The notes beneath the pieces were generated by a model that had not been told where the DNA came from, made no database searches, and saw only the letters and a program-made list of their open reading frames with translations. From Clostridia bacterium (GTDB lineage: Bacteria > Bacillota > Clostridia > Oscillospirales > Acutalibacteraceae), in the NCBI GenBank assembly GCA_017406805.1, contig JAFQXU010000001.1, forward strand, positions 7,423 to 71,422: a stretch of DNA of 64,000 nucleotides, written 5' to 3'. This document shows, one piece after another, positions 37,837 through 46,327 of this stretch. Positions within the stretch are counted from its first letter, which is position 1. Each line of letters begins with the position of its first letter. A program made the position numbers and the translations under genes.

Positions 37837-38562
37837 ATGAAAAGTGTATGCGATTTTTTAAAAAAGTGCAAATGTTTTTTTCTTGCATCAATAAATGATG
37901 ATTTCCCGGCGATAAGACCATTTGGCGCTATTATGGAATATGAAAACAATCTTTATATTTCAACCGGCCCACAAAAAGAAGTATACAAACAATTAAAAAC
38001 AAATAACAACATTCAAATTGTGGCCTTAAAAAACGGCACAAGAAAATGGATTAGAATAACGGGCTTTGCCGATGAATGCAAAGACTTAAAAACAAAACGG
38101 GAAATGCTTAAAAAATGCCCCAAAATTTCAAAACATTTTACATCTGAAGATGACGAAAATTTTGTGCTGTTTCAAATTACACCACTTAAAACCGAATTTA
38201 AAGAAGGAAGCGAAACACTAATGGAAAGAAAATTTTTTAATAAACTCGTGCGGGATAAAATTCCCGAGATGCTGGCAAAAAACGGCGGCGAACCCGAAAC
38301 AGAAACACTAAACGATGAAAAATATAAAACATGCCTTTATGAAAAATTGAAAGAAGAATGCGAAGAAACTGTAAATTCATACTCAAAAGAAAACCTTGCA
38401 GAAGAACTTGCGGATTTACTGGAAGTTATAATGGCTATTTCCAAATTAAATGATATCGATTTTGCGGAAATTGAAAAAATTAGACTTGCCAAAAAAGAAA
38501 AACGCGGAGGGTTTGACTCCAAAATACTTTTAAAAAGCTCTAATATAGTAAACAAAATTTAA
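37837..38562 (+). CDS. Fusion protein: PNPOx-like (pyridoxamine-5'-phosphate-oxidase fold) N-domain plus MazG-like NTP pyrophosphohydrolase C-domain
   Basis: The N-half FLASINDDFPAIRPFGAIMEYENNLYISTGPQKEVYKQL is PNPOx/GSP26-like. The C-half KLVRDKIPEMLAKNGG...EELADLLEVIMAISKLNDIDFAEIEKIRLAKKEKRGGF is MazG/PRA-PH-like. ATG at 37837 lies 1 nt after the proS stop. Confidence 0.6.
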   Translation: MKSVCDFLKKCKCFFLASINDDFPAIRPFGAIMEYENNLYISTGPQKEVYKQLKTNNNIQIVALKNGTRKWIRITGFADECKDLKTKREMLKKCPKISKHFTSEDDENFVLFQITPLKTEFKEGSETLMERKFFNKLVRDKIPEMLAKNGGEPETETLNDEKYKTCLYEKLKEECEETVNSYSKENLAEELADLLEVIMAISKLNDIDFAEIEKIRLAKKEKRGGFDSKILLKSSNIVNKI

Positions 38563-38578
38563 AAAGGGGGCTAATTAA

Positions 38579-41500
38579 TTGAAAAACAAAATTACTAAAT
38601 CTACTATGGACGGAAACACCGCAGCGGCATATTCTGCGTATGCCTTTTCAGAAGTCGCCGCAATATACCCGATTACCCCTTCTTCCACCATGGCAGACGT
38701 TGCGGATAAGTATTCGGCAGCGGGTAAAAAAAATATATTCGGATCAGAAGTACAGGTTACGGAAATGCAGTCTGAAGCAGGCGCTGCCGGCGCTATTCAT
38801 GGCGCACTTTCGGCAGGCTCTTTGGCCACTACTTTTACATCGTCGCAAGGGCTTTTACTTATGATCCCAAATATGTACAAAATGGCGGGTGAACTACTCC
38901 CCTGCGTAATTCATGTTGCCGCAAGAACCGTTGCAGCCCATGCGCTTTCTATCTTCGGCGATCATTCCGACATTTACGCTTGCAGACAAACGGGATATGC
39001 CATGCTATGCTCAAATAATCCGCAAGAAGCCATGCATTTCAGCGCTATTGCTCATCTTAGTGCAATTAAAGGCCATGTTCCGTTTTTACATTTTTTCGAC
39101 GGCTTCAGAACATCACACGAAATACAGAAAGTTAAACTGTTAAATTATGAAGATTTAGAAAAACTCATAGACAAAAAAGAGCTTAAAAAATTCAGGGAAA
39201 ACTCCTTAAACCCGGAAAATCCACACATGAGCGGCACTGCGCAAAATGACGACGTGTATTTTCAAAATCGAGAAGCTTGCAATTCATACTATAATGAAAT
39301 TCCAGGCATTGTGGAATCTTATATGAAGGAAATAAACAAACTTACAAACACAAATTATGCTCCGTTTGAATATTACGGCTCTTTAAACGCTGAAAAAATC
39401 ATAATTGCAATGGGATCTGTTTGCGAAACAATTGAAGAAACCATTGATTATATAAATAAAAACGGAGAAAACGTTGGGCTTATAAAAGTAAGGCTGTATC
39501 GCCCGTTTTCCGCCAAACATTTTTTAAAAGCTCTACCGAAAAGCGTTAAAAAAATTTCCGTACTGGACCGCACAAAAGAGCCGGGGTCAATCGGCGAACC
39601 GCTATATCTTGATGTTTTAGCGGCGCTTAAAGACCTAAATATTCAAAATGTTTCAGTTTTTTCGGGAAGATACGGATTAAGCTCCAAAAACACTACCCCT
39701 TCACAAATTTTGTCCGTTTATGAAAATATGGGCTCCAAACAAGCAAAACCTCGGTTTACAATCGGAATTAATGATGACGTAACGCATTTGTCCCTTGACA
39801 TAAAAAACGAAATCTGCACAACTCCCGAGGGGACTTTTTCTTGCAAATTTTGGGGTGTTGGATCAGACGGAACAGTAGGAGCTGCAAAAAACACAATAAA
39901 AATAATCGGCAACAACACCGAAAAATATGTTCAGGGCTTTTTTGAATATGACTCAAAAAAATCAGGCGGAGTGACTATTTCTCATCTAAGATTTAGCGAC
40001 AAGCCGATAAAATCGACGTACTATGTGGACAAAGCTGATTTTGTGGGCTGTCACACCCCCGAATATATATATAAATATAGTATAGTAGAAGATTTAAAAC
40101 CAGGAGGAGATTTTTTACTAAATTGCTCTTGGGACGAAAAAGAAATCGAAAAATTTATCCCAAACAAAATAAAAAAATACATTGCTTTAAACAACGTTAA
40201 TTTTTACACAGTAGATGCCGCAAACATCACAAGAGAGTTGGGACTTGGCGGAAGAGTAAACACAATGCTTCAAGCTGCTTTTTTCAAAATCACAAAAATT
40301 ATTAATAGTAAAAATGCTTTGGAATTCATAAAATCCGCCATTAAAAAGACCTACTCCAAAAAAGGCGAAGAAATTGTTAAAATAAATTATCTGGCGGCAG
40401 AAGCCGGAATGAATGCGGTTAAAAAAGTAAATATTCCGCAAAGCTGGAAGAACCTTCCCGAAAGTGAAATTAAAACTGCAACCAAAAAAGAAGCAAAAAC
40501 GGAACTTGAAAAATTCCTTGAAAACATCGCAAATCCAATTAACAAAAAAAGTGGGAACGACCTGCCCGTTTCTGCATTTACAAACTGCGTAGGCGGGAAA
40601 ATCCCGCTTGGCACTTCTGCATTTGAAAAACGTGGCACCGCAAGTTTTATTCCCGAGTGGATACCCGAAAACTGCATACAATGTGGATTTTGCTCCTTTG
40701 TATGTCCGCACGCCGTAATACGCCCGGCGGTTCTTACAGACGAAGAATTAAAAAATTCCCCACAAGTTTTAAAATCCAAAAAAATGATTGGTTTTCCAAA
40801 CTTAAACTTTGCTATAGTTATATCTGCAGAAGACTGCACAGGCTGCGAAAATTGCGTAGCTATTTGCCCAGGGCTTAAGAAAAACAAAGCCCTTAAAATG
40901 GTAAAAAATGAAAATGAAAACGAAAATCAAATTCAAAGCGTGTTTGATTACTGCCAAAAATTACCTGAAAAACCGGAAATATTAGAAAAATTCAAAGAAA
41001 CATCAGTTAAAGGAAGCCAGTTTAAAAAACCCCTGCTTGAATTTTCTGGAGCATGCGCGGGGTGCGGCGAAACACCATACGCCAAACTTGCTACACAGCT
41101 TTTTGGCGACAGAATGATTATAGCAAACGCCACAGGATGCTCATCAATTTGGGGAGGCTCGTTCCCTTCCTCGCCATACACAAAAACAAGTGGAGGAAAA
41201 GGCCCCGCATGGCAAAATTCCCTTTTTGAAGATAATGCAGAATTCGGTTTTGGTATAGCTCTTTCTCAAAAAGCAAAGAAAAAAGTTATTATCGAAGCGG
41301 TTGATTCCGCTAAAAACTTAACCAAAGACGTAAATTTAAAAGACATCTGCGAAAAATATCTTGAAACAATTAATAATTCTAACAAAAATCAACTGCCATC
41401 AACGGAATTGATTAAATATTTAAAATCCCGGTACAGTAGCCTTGATATTTCTAAAGAGCTGACTGATAAAATTCTGGAAAACAAAAACGATTTAAGCACA

Positions 41501-42040
41501 AAATCAATCTGGATGTTCGGCGGCGACGGATGGGCTTACGATATAGGCTTTGGAGGGCTTGACCATGTTGTGGCATCAGGCGAAAATGTAAATATGCTTG
41601 TCTTTGATACGGAAGTTTACTCAAACACAGGCGGGCAAGCTTCTAAAGCAACGCCAAAAGGAGCAGTGGCTCAATTTGCTTCTTCGGGCAAAAAAACGCC
41701 AAAAAAAGACTTGGCGTCCATATTAATGACTTACGGATATGTTTACGTTGCGCAGGTTGCTCTTGGTGCTGATTTAAACCAGTGCATTAAAGCCTTTACC
41801 GAAGCAGAAAACTATAACGGCCCGTCGGTAATTATCGCCTATTCGCCGTGTATTAACCATGGCATAAAAGGCGGCATGAAAAATTCGCTTTTATCTGCAA
41901 AGCAAGCCGTGGAATCTGGGTACTGGAAACTGTTTAGGTTTAATCCCGAAAACGAAACTCCGCTCCATGTCGACAGCAAACCCTCTACCTTACCACTTAA
42001 TGAATTTTTAAAATCCGAAAATAGATTTAAAAACATATAA
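38579..42040 (+). CDS. nifJ: Pyruvate:ferredoxin (flavodoxin) oxidoreductase
   Basis: 1153 aa. MDGNTAAAYSAYAFSEVAAIYPITPSS, two 4Fe-4S CxxCxxCxxxCP motifs, and the TPP motif GGDGWAYDIG. TTG at 38579 lies 8 nt after GGGGG; ATG at 38606 is an alternative start. Confidence 0.93.
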   Translation: MKNKITKSTMDGNTAAAYSAYAFSEVAAIYPITPSSTMADVADKYSAAGKKNIFGSEVQVTEMQSEAGAAGAIHGALSAGSLATTFTSSQGLLLMIPNMYKMAGELLPCVIHVAARTVAAHALSIFGDHSDIYACRQTGYAMLCSNNPQEAMHFSAIAHLSAIKGHVPFLHFFDGFRTSHEIQKVKLLNYEDLEKLIDKKELKKFRENSLNPENPHMSGTAQNDDVYFQNREACNSYYNEIPGIVESYMKEINKLTNTNYAPFEYYGSLNAEKIIIAMGSVCETIEETIDYINKNGENVGLIKVRLYRPFSAKHFLKALPKSVKKISVLDRTKEPGSIGEPLYLDVLAALKDLNIQNVSVFSGRYGLSSKNTTPSQILSVYENMGSKQAKPRFTIGINDDVTHLSLDIKNEICTTPEGTFSCKFWGVGSDGTVGAAKNTIKIIGNNTEKYVQGFFEYDSKKSGGVTISHLRFSDKPIKSTYYVDKADFVGCHTPEYIYKYSIVEDLKPGGDFLLNCSWDEKEIEKFIPNKIKKYIALNNVNFYTVDAANITRELGLGGRVNTMLQAAFFKITKIINSKNALEFIKSAIKKTYSKKGEEIVKINYLAAEAGMNAVKKVNIPQSWKNLPESEIKTATKKEAKTELEKFLENIANPINKKSGNDLPVSAFTNCVGGKIPLGTSAFEKRGTASFIPEWIPENCIQCGFCSFVCPHAVIRPAVLTDEELKNSPQVLKSKKMIGFPNLNFAIVISAEDCTGCENCVAICPGLKKNKALKMVKNENENENQIQSVFDYCQKLPEKPEILEKFKETSVKGSQFKKPLLEFSGACAGCGETPYAKLATQLFGDRMIIANATGCSSIWGGSFPSSPYTKTSGGKGPAWQNSLFEDNAEFGFGIALSQKAKKKVIIEAVDSAKNLTKDVNLKDICEKYLETINNSNKNQLPSTELIKYLKSRYSSLDISKELTDKILENKNDLSTKSIWMFGGDGWAYDIGFGGLDHVVASGENVNMLVFDTEVYSNTGGQASKATPKGAVAQFASSGKKTPKKDLASILMTYGYVYVAQVALGADLNQCIKAFTEAENYNGPSVIIAYSPCINHGIKGGMKNSLLSAKQAVESGYWKLFRFNPENETPLHVDSKPSTLPLNEFLKSENRFKNI

Positions 42041-42060
42041 TTTTTAAAAAGATAGCTTAA

Positions 42061-42090
42061 ATCCCGCCTTTTTTGGTGGGGATTTTTTTA
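42061..42090 (+). terminator. Rho-independent terminator (imperfect stem)
   Basis: ATCCCGCC/GGTGGGGAT stem followed by TTTTTTT. Confidence 0.55.
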
Positions 42091-42185
42091 AATAAAATTT
42101 GAAAAAATAATCATATTTGTATAAAATGTTATTATATTAAAAAAATTAAACTCAGTTATTCACAAAAATTTAAGGAGTGAAAATT

Positions 42186-42656
42186 TTGACGAAAAATACA
42201 TATAGCATATCCGAAATGGATATTAAAGACTTTGAAAAATGCCAAAACATCTGGGATTTAAAAAACAATTCAGCAACTGCTCAAAAGTTTTATAATCAAA
42301 TAAAAGAGGGAAACCGAAAAACATTTATTTACAAAAACTCAAATGGCGAATTTATTGCAGAAATAAGCCTGGTTTTTAAAGACCCAGCCCCACAATTCAC
42401 AATTAAAGGAAAAAGGGTGTATCTATCTCATTTAATAGTGAAGCCCGAATATAGGGGCAAAGGAATAGGCACGCTTTTGTGCGACTACATATTTGATTAT
42501 TGCAAAAAATTAAACTACTCAGAAATTTCACTTGCGGTTTTGCTAAGCAATTACAACGCTATGCGGCTTTATCACAGGCTGGGATTTACCCGGTTACTAT
42601 GCGTTGGCGAAGATGAAGACGGAAAATACATCGGGCTTTTAAAAAAATTAAATTAA
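42186..42656 (+). CDS. GNAT family N-acetyltransferase
   Basis: The acetyl-CoA motif YRGKGIGTLL is present. TTG at 42186 lies 8 nt after AAGGAG. The GTG in the track overlaps that RBS. Confidence 0.7.
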   Translation: MTKNTYSISEMDIKDFEKCQNIWDLKNNSATAQKFYNQIKEGNRKTFIYKNSNGEFIAEISLVFKDPAPQFTIKGKRVYLSHLIVKPEYRGKGIGTLLCDYIFDYCKKLNYSEISLAVLLSNYNAMRLYHRLGFTRLLCVGEDEDGKYIGLLKKLN

Positions 42657-42797
42657 AAAACACAAAACTAAAATTTATTAAATACATACTAAAAAAATCA
42701 TTTTTCTTAAAATTTCTTCTTGCAAAAATTCCATTGATTCCAATTTTTATCTTTGTTAAGATTAAATTACAAAATAAAAATCAAAGGATGATCAAAA

Positions 42798-43298
42798 ATG
42801 AAATTTAAAAGAACTATTGCAAGTGTTTTAGCAGCAACTTTTTCGCTAACCTTAATGGGGCAAAGCGTACCAAAAGCTTTTGCAAAAGGCGAAACTCCGG
42901 AAATTACCACGGAACAAAAATTAGACTCTAAAACACAGGAAAAAATAAACCAAGAAGTAAAAAAATTAGACGAACAAGGGAACCTCGATGAATTAAAAGA
43001 AAAAATCAAAAAAATGGAAAAAGAGGTAACCGATTTAAAAGAAGGAACCAGATCCGGATGGTCCTTTAAAAAAGGAATTAAAGCCATTAAAAAAAGCGCT
43101 GCCAGCTTTGTACTATTCTTTATTGGTTCATTTTACATTCGCGTACTCAACGACACGCTAAATAATTACCTAAATACAGAAAACGAAGACTTTGGTGAAG
43201 TATTACTAAACACCATTAAATTGGGAAAATATAAATATTTTATCAATGCATTTTTTAATACTTCTACGATTATGTTATATCGCTTTGCATACGCATAA
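42798..43298 (+). CDS. Secreted/anchored hypothetical protein, tandem paralog A
   Basis: Signal peptide MKFKRTIASVLAATFSLTLMGQSVPKAFA, a coiled segment, and a C-terminal hydrophobic region. Close paralog of the next gene. Confidence 0.5.
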   Translation: MKFKRTIASVLAATFSLTLMGQSVPKAFAKGETPEITTEQKLDSKTQEKINQEVKKLDEQGNLDELKEKIKKMEKEVTDLKEGTRSGWSFKKGIKAIKKSAASFVLFFIGSFYIRVLNDTLNNYLNTENEDFGEVLLNTIKLGKYKYFINAFFNTSTIMLYRFAYA

Positions 43299-43372
43299 AA
43301 AAGAGCCTTTAATAAAACTCTTTTTTTGATATAATTATATTGTAAAATAAATTAAGAAAGGAAAAACAATAC

Positions 43373-43867
43373 ATGAAATTTAAAAGAACTCTTGCTTTAA
43401 CATTAGCAACAATTTTTTCGCTAACTTTAATGGGGTCAAGCGCACCCAGAACTTTTGCGGAGGGCACTCCGGAAATTACCACGGAACAAAAATTAGACTC
43501 TAAAACACAAGAAGAATTAAACCAAGAAGTAAAAAAATTAGATGAACAAGGAAAACTTGACGAATTAAAAGAAAAAATTAAAAAAATAGAAAATGAGGTA
43601 ACTGATTTAAAAAAAGAAACCGGATGGTCCTTTAAAAAAGGAATTAACGCCATTAAAAAAAGCGCTACCAGCTTTGTACTATTCTTTATTGGTATGGCTT
43701 CCCTTAATATATCCAATGACACATTGCTTAACGAAGACCTACTAGAAGGAAAAAAAGGCTTTGGTGAAGTATTACTAAACAACATTAAATCGAAAAAATA
43801 TAAATATTTTATCAATGCATTTTTTAGTACTTCTGTGATTATGTTATATCGCTTTACATACGCATAA
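43373..43867 (+). CDS. Secreted/anchored hypothetical protein, tandem paralog B
   Basis: Colinear with 42798-43298. The N- and C-terminal thirds are nearly identical, and the middle differs. Confidence 0.5.
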   Translation: MKFKRTLALTLATIFSLTLMGSSAPRTFAEGTPEITTEQKLDSKTQEELNQEVKKLDEQGKLDELKEKIKKIENEVTDLKKETGWSFKKGINAIKKSATSFVLFFIGMASLNISNDTLLNEDLLEGKKGFGEVLLNNIKSKKYKYFINAFFSTSVIMLYRFTYA

Positions 43868-43895
43868 AAAAGAGCCTTTAATAAGGCTCTTTTTT
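43866..43895. terminator. Bidirectional terminator
   Basis: Stem AGAGCCTT/AAGGCTCT flanked by an A-run and a T-run. Confidence 0.7.
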
Positions 43896-44844
43896 ATGCA
43901 TTTGCAAAAACATTGCTGTGCAATTTAAAATCTGTTTCAATGGTGCGGCTGCTACTTTCCGGCGAATATATAAATTTATCCATATGATTACCGGAAAAAA
44001 AGTAATTAATTTTTGGCTTTGTTTTTTCTCTTTCGAAAGTATCGATTATAACAAGTTTTATTTTCATTTTGTCGGGAACTATATTTTTAATATATACGCT
44101 GGCGCAGCTCCCTTCAAAAACATTTTCATGGGGTTCGGCAAGGCCTGCTAAATTTGGAGTCAGCTCCACGAATATACCGTAATCTTCTATCGACCGCACA
44201 ACCCCTCCGACCGTTTCACCAATAGAGAACATCCTTGCGTTTTCTTCCCATGTACCGAGAAGCTCTTTGTGAGTTAAATGAACCCTGCCTTTTTCTAAAA
44301 ATTTTACGATTACCTTTATGTCCATTCCAATGAAAAATCTCTCTCTTGGGTGAGAAATTCTAGAAACGGAAATTGTATCTATCGGCAAAAATGAAATTAT
44401 TCCGCAGCCAATATCCGCAAAAGCACCAAAGTTTTCCATGTGAGTTATTTTTGCATCTATTACATCCCCCGGAGAAAGATTTAAAACATATTGCTCCATG
44501 CAGATTTCTTGCGCTTTTCTGCGCGAAAGAATTGCTATTTCTTCGCCCATTTCATTTTTTTCAAAACCTATTATAACAAAACAAACGGGTCTATTTACTT
44601 TTGAAATTACAGCGATATCTCGCACAGTTCCTTCTTTTATGCCTATTGCTCCTTCTTCTCTGGGTATAATTCCTTTCATAAAGCCCAAATCCACTATTAA
44701 ATTGTGGTCTTTATCGCAAATAATTGCTTTAGCTTCTAATATTTTTTTATTATTATAAGCTTCCTTTAAGCTTGAAAGACACATTAAAGAACTTTTATTA
44801 TCAAAATTATCTATTAACCGTCCCTCGGGATAAAATTCTAACAT
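43894..44844 (-). CDS. S1 RNA-binding domain protein (multiple S1 motifs)
   Basis: GDVIDAKITHMENFGAFADIG and GETVGGVVRSIEDYGIFVELTPNLAGL are S1 OB-fold signatures. Confidence 0.7.
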   Translation of the reverse strand: MLEFYPEGRLIDNFDNKSSLMCLSSLKEAYNNKKILEAKAIICDKDHNLIVDLGFMKGIIPREEGAIGIKEGTVRDIAVISKVNRPVCFVIIGFEKNEMGEEIAILSRRKAQEICMEQYVLNLSPGDVIDAKITHMENFGAFADIGCGIISFLPIDTISVSRISHPRERFFIGMDIKVIVKFLEKGRVHLTHKELLGTWEENARMFSIGETVGGVVRSIEDYGIFVELTPNLAGLAEPHENVFEGSCASVYIKNIVPDKMKIKLVIIDTFEREKTKPKINYFFSGNHMDKFIYSPESSSRTIETDFKLHSNVFANA

Positions 44845-44918
44845 TTTTTACGCCCTCCAATTAATAATCTACATCACTATTTATATGCAGCATGGAAGGC
44901 GTAATATTCTAATTAAAT

Positions 44919-46247
44919 TTAATATTTTTTTCTGTTTCCTGGGCCGTAAAAAACTCTTACGTTGCCTCTTCTTTTCCTTTTTTTATTACCTCTAAAAAAT
45001 GCCAAAACATAAAACACAAAAAACAACATAACCAGCGAAAACACCATTATTGAAATTGGCGACAAAAACATTCCGCAAATAAAGCTGTTTAAAACCAGCA
45101 AATAATTCTTTTTAAATGTTTGGGAGGAAACAAGGTTCATATCCCCTATTTTTTCATTTTTATAAAAAATTTCCGCCGTGCCCATCATATCTCCGGCTTC
45201 AACGGGCGCTTCCACCAAATCGGGAATTTCAAAACTAACGTAAATATCATCTTTTGAAAAATTCTTTGGCAAACTAAAATAAAAATCAGACTGTGGAGAA
45301 AGAAGTAATTTATCGTGATTCCAAACATATTTTAATGATATTTCCTTAAGAGGCGAATCTTTAGAAAAAAGCTTGGCAGAAACTAAATTTTCAAATATCC
45401 ACAAATATATGTTTTTAGTGTCTACCATAGCCATGTTTTTTTCTATTTTTGCACCTTTTTTATCTTTTACAGGGCCACCCATAACCACGGCAACGTACGT
45501 TTCGCCATTTTTTTCTGCGTACGAAATCAAACATCTTCCGGCCTGTTCCAAATACCCGGTTTTTATTCCTTTTACAATCGGAAGGTAGTATTCTCCGCCT
45601 CTTTTTCTGTCTATCATTTTATTTGTTGTTACTATTGGATCACGATTATCGTTAAAAAGGTTATACTCTGATTTTCCTGTTATATTTAAAAACTCCGGCA
45701 AATTCATTGCATACTTTGTAATTTTATACATATCTTCTGCGGTTGTGTATTGCTCACTGTCGTAAATTCCGTCGGGATTTTTAAAATGCGTATCATTACA
45801 ACCAAGTTCCTGCGCTTTTTGATTCATTAAATCAACAAAATTTTCAACTCCACCTCCGGCATAATCAGCAATTACCATCGCCGCATACCCGGAAGAGCAT
45901 ATCATCATGCAGTGAAACAACTCCATAGCGGTAAATTCCTCGCCATCTTTAAGCTTGCAACCGGAACTTTCCGGATCAACCATATCCAAAACATCTTGGC
46001 GAACTTTTATTTTATAATTACTTACGTCTTTAATATTTTCGCAGGCAACTATATAAGTCATAATTTTTGTAAGCGATGCGGGACTTCTTCTTTGCTTTGT
46101 GTTTTTTTCTATTATCGGCGCCATGCTATTTTTATTTATAACATACACCGACTCTGAATTAATATCATTTTTATAAAAGTTAATACCGTAAACTCCGCAC
46201 TCGCAAAAAATCAAAAACAAAAAAACAAAAGCCAAAATTTTTTTCAT
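44919..46247 (-). CDS. D-alanyl-D-alanine carboxypeptidase (S11 serine peptidase, PBP5-like) with C-terminal anchor
   Basis: Signal peptide, SxxK motif (PASLTKIMT), PBP5 C-terminal domain, and a terminal TM plus basic tail. Confidence 0.8.
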   Translation of the reverse strand: MKKILAFVFLFLIFCECGVYGINFYKNDINSESVYVINKNSMAPIIEKNTKQRRSPASLTKIMTYIVACENIKDVSNYKIKVRQDVLDMVDPESSGCKLKDGEEFTAMELFHCMMICSSGYAAMVIADYAGGGVENFVDLMNQKAQELGCNDTHFKNPDGIYDSEQYTTAEDMYKITKYAMNLPEFLNITGKSEYNLFNDNRDPIVTTNKMIDRKRGGEYYLPIVKGIKTGYLEQAGRCLISYAEKNGETYVAVVMGGPVKDKKGAKIEKNMAMVDTKNIYLWIFENLVSAKLFSKDSPLKEISLKYVWNHDKLLLSPQSDFYFSLPKNFSKDDIYVSFEIPDLVEAPVEAGDMMGTAEIFYKNEKIGDMNLVSSQTFKKNYLLVLNSFICGMFLSPISIMVFSLVMLFFVFYVLAFFRGNKKRKRRGNVRVFYGPGNRKKY

Positions 46248-46327
46248 ATATAATCAACCTTTACCATTTATTTTTTAATAGAAAAACTAGTCTGGCATAA
46301 ATAAAATACGCCAGCCTTTTTATTAGT

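Noticed and set aside
42767-43815. 106-aa and 168-aa minus-strand ORFs
   Set aside because: They are antisense to the two paralogous secreted-protein genes, which have signal peptides, RBSs and terminators. The antisense frames are open only because of Lys/Glu-rich codon composition.
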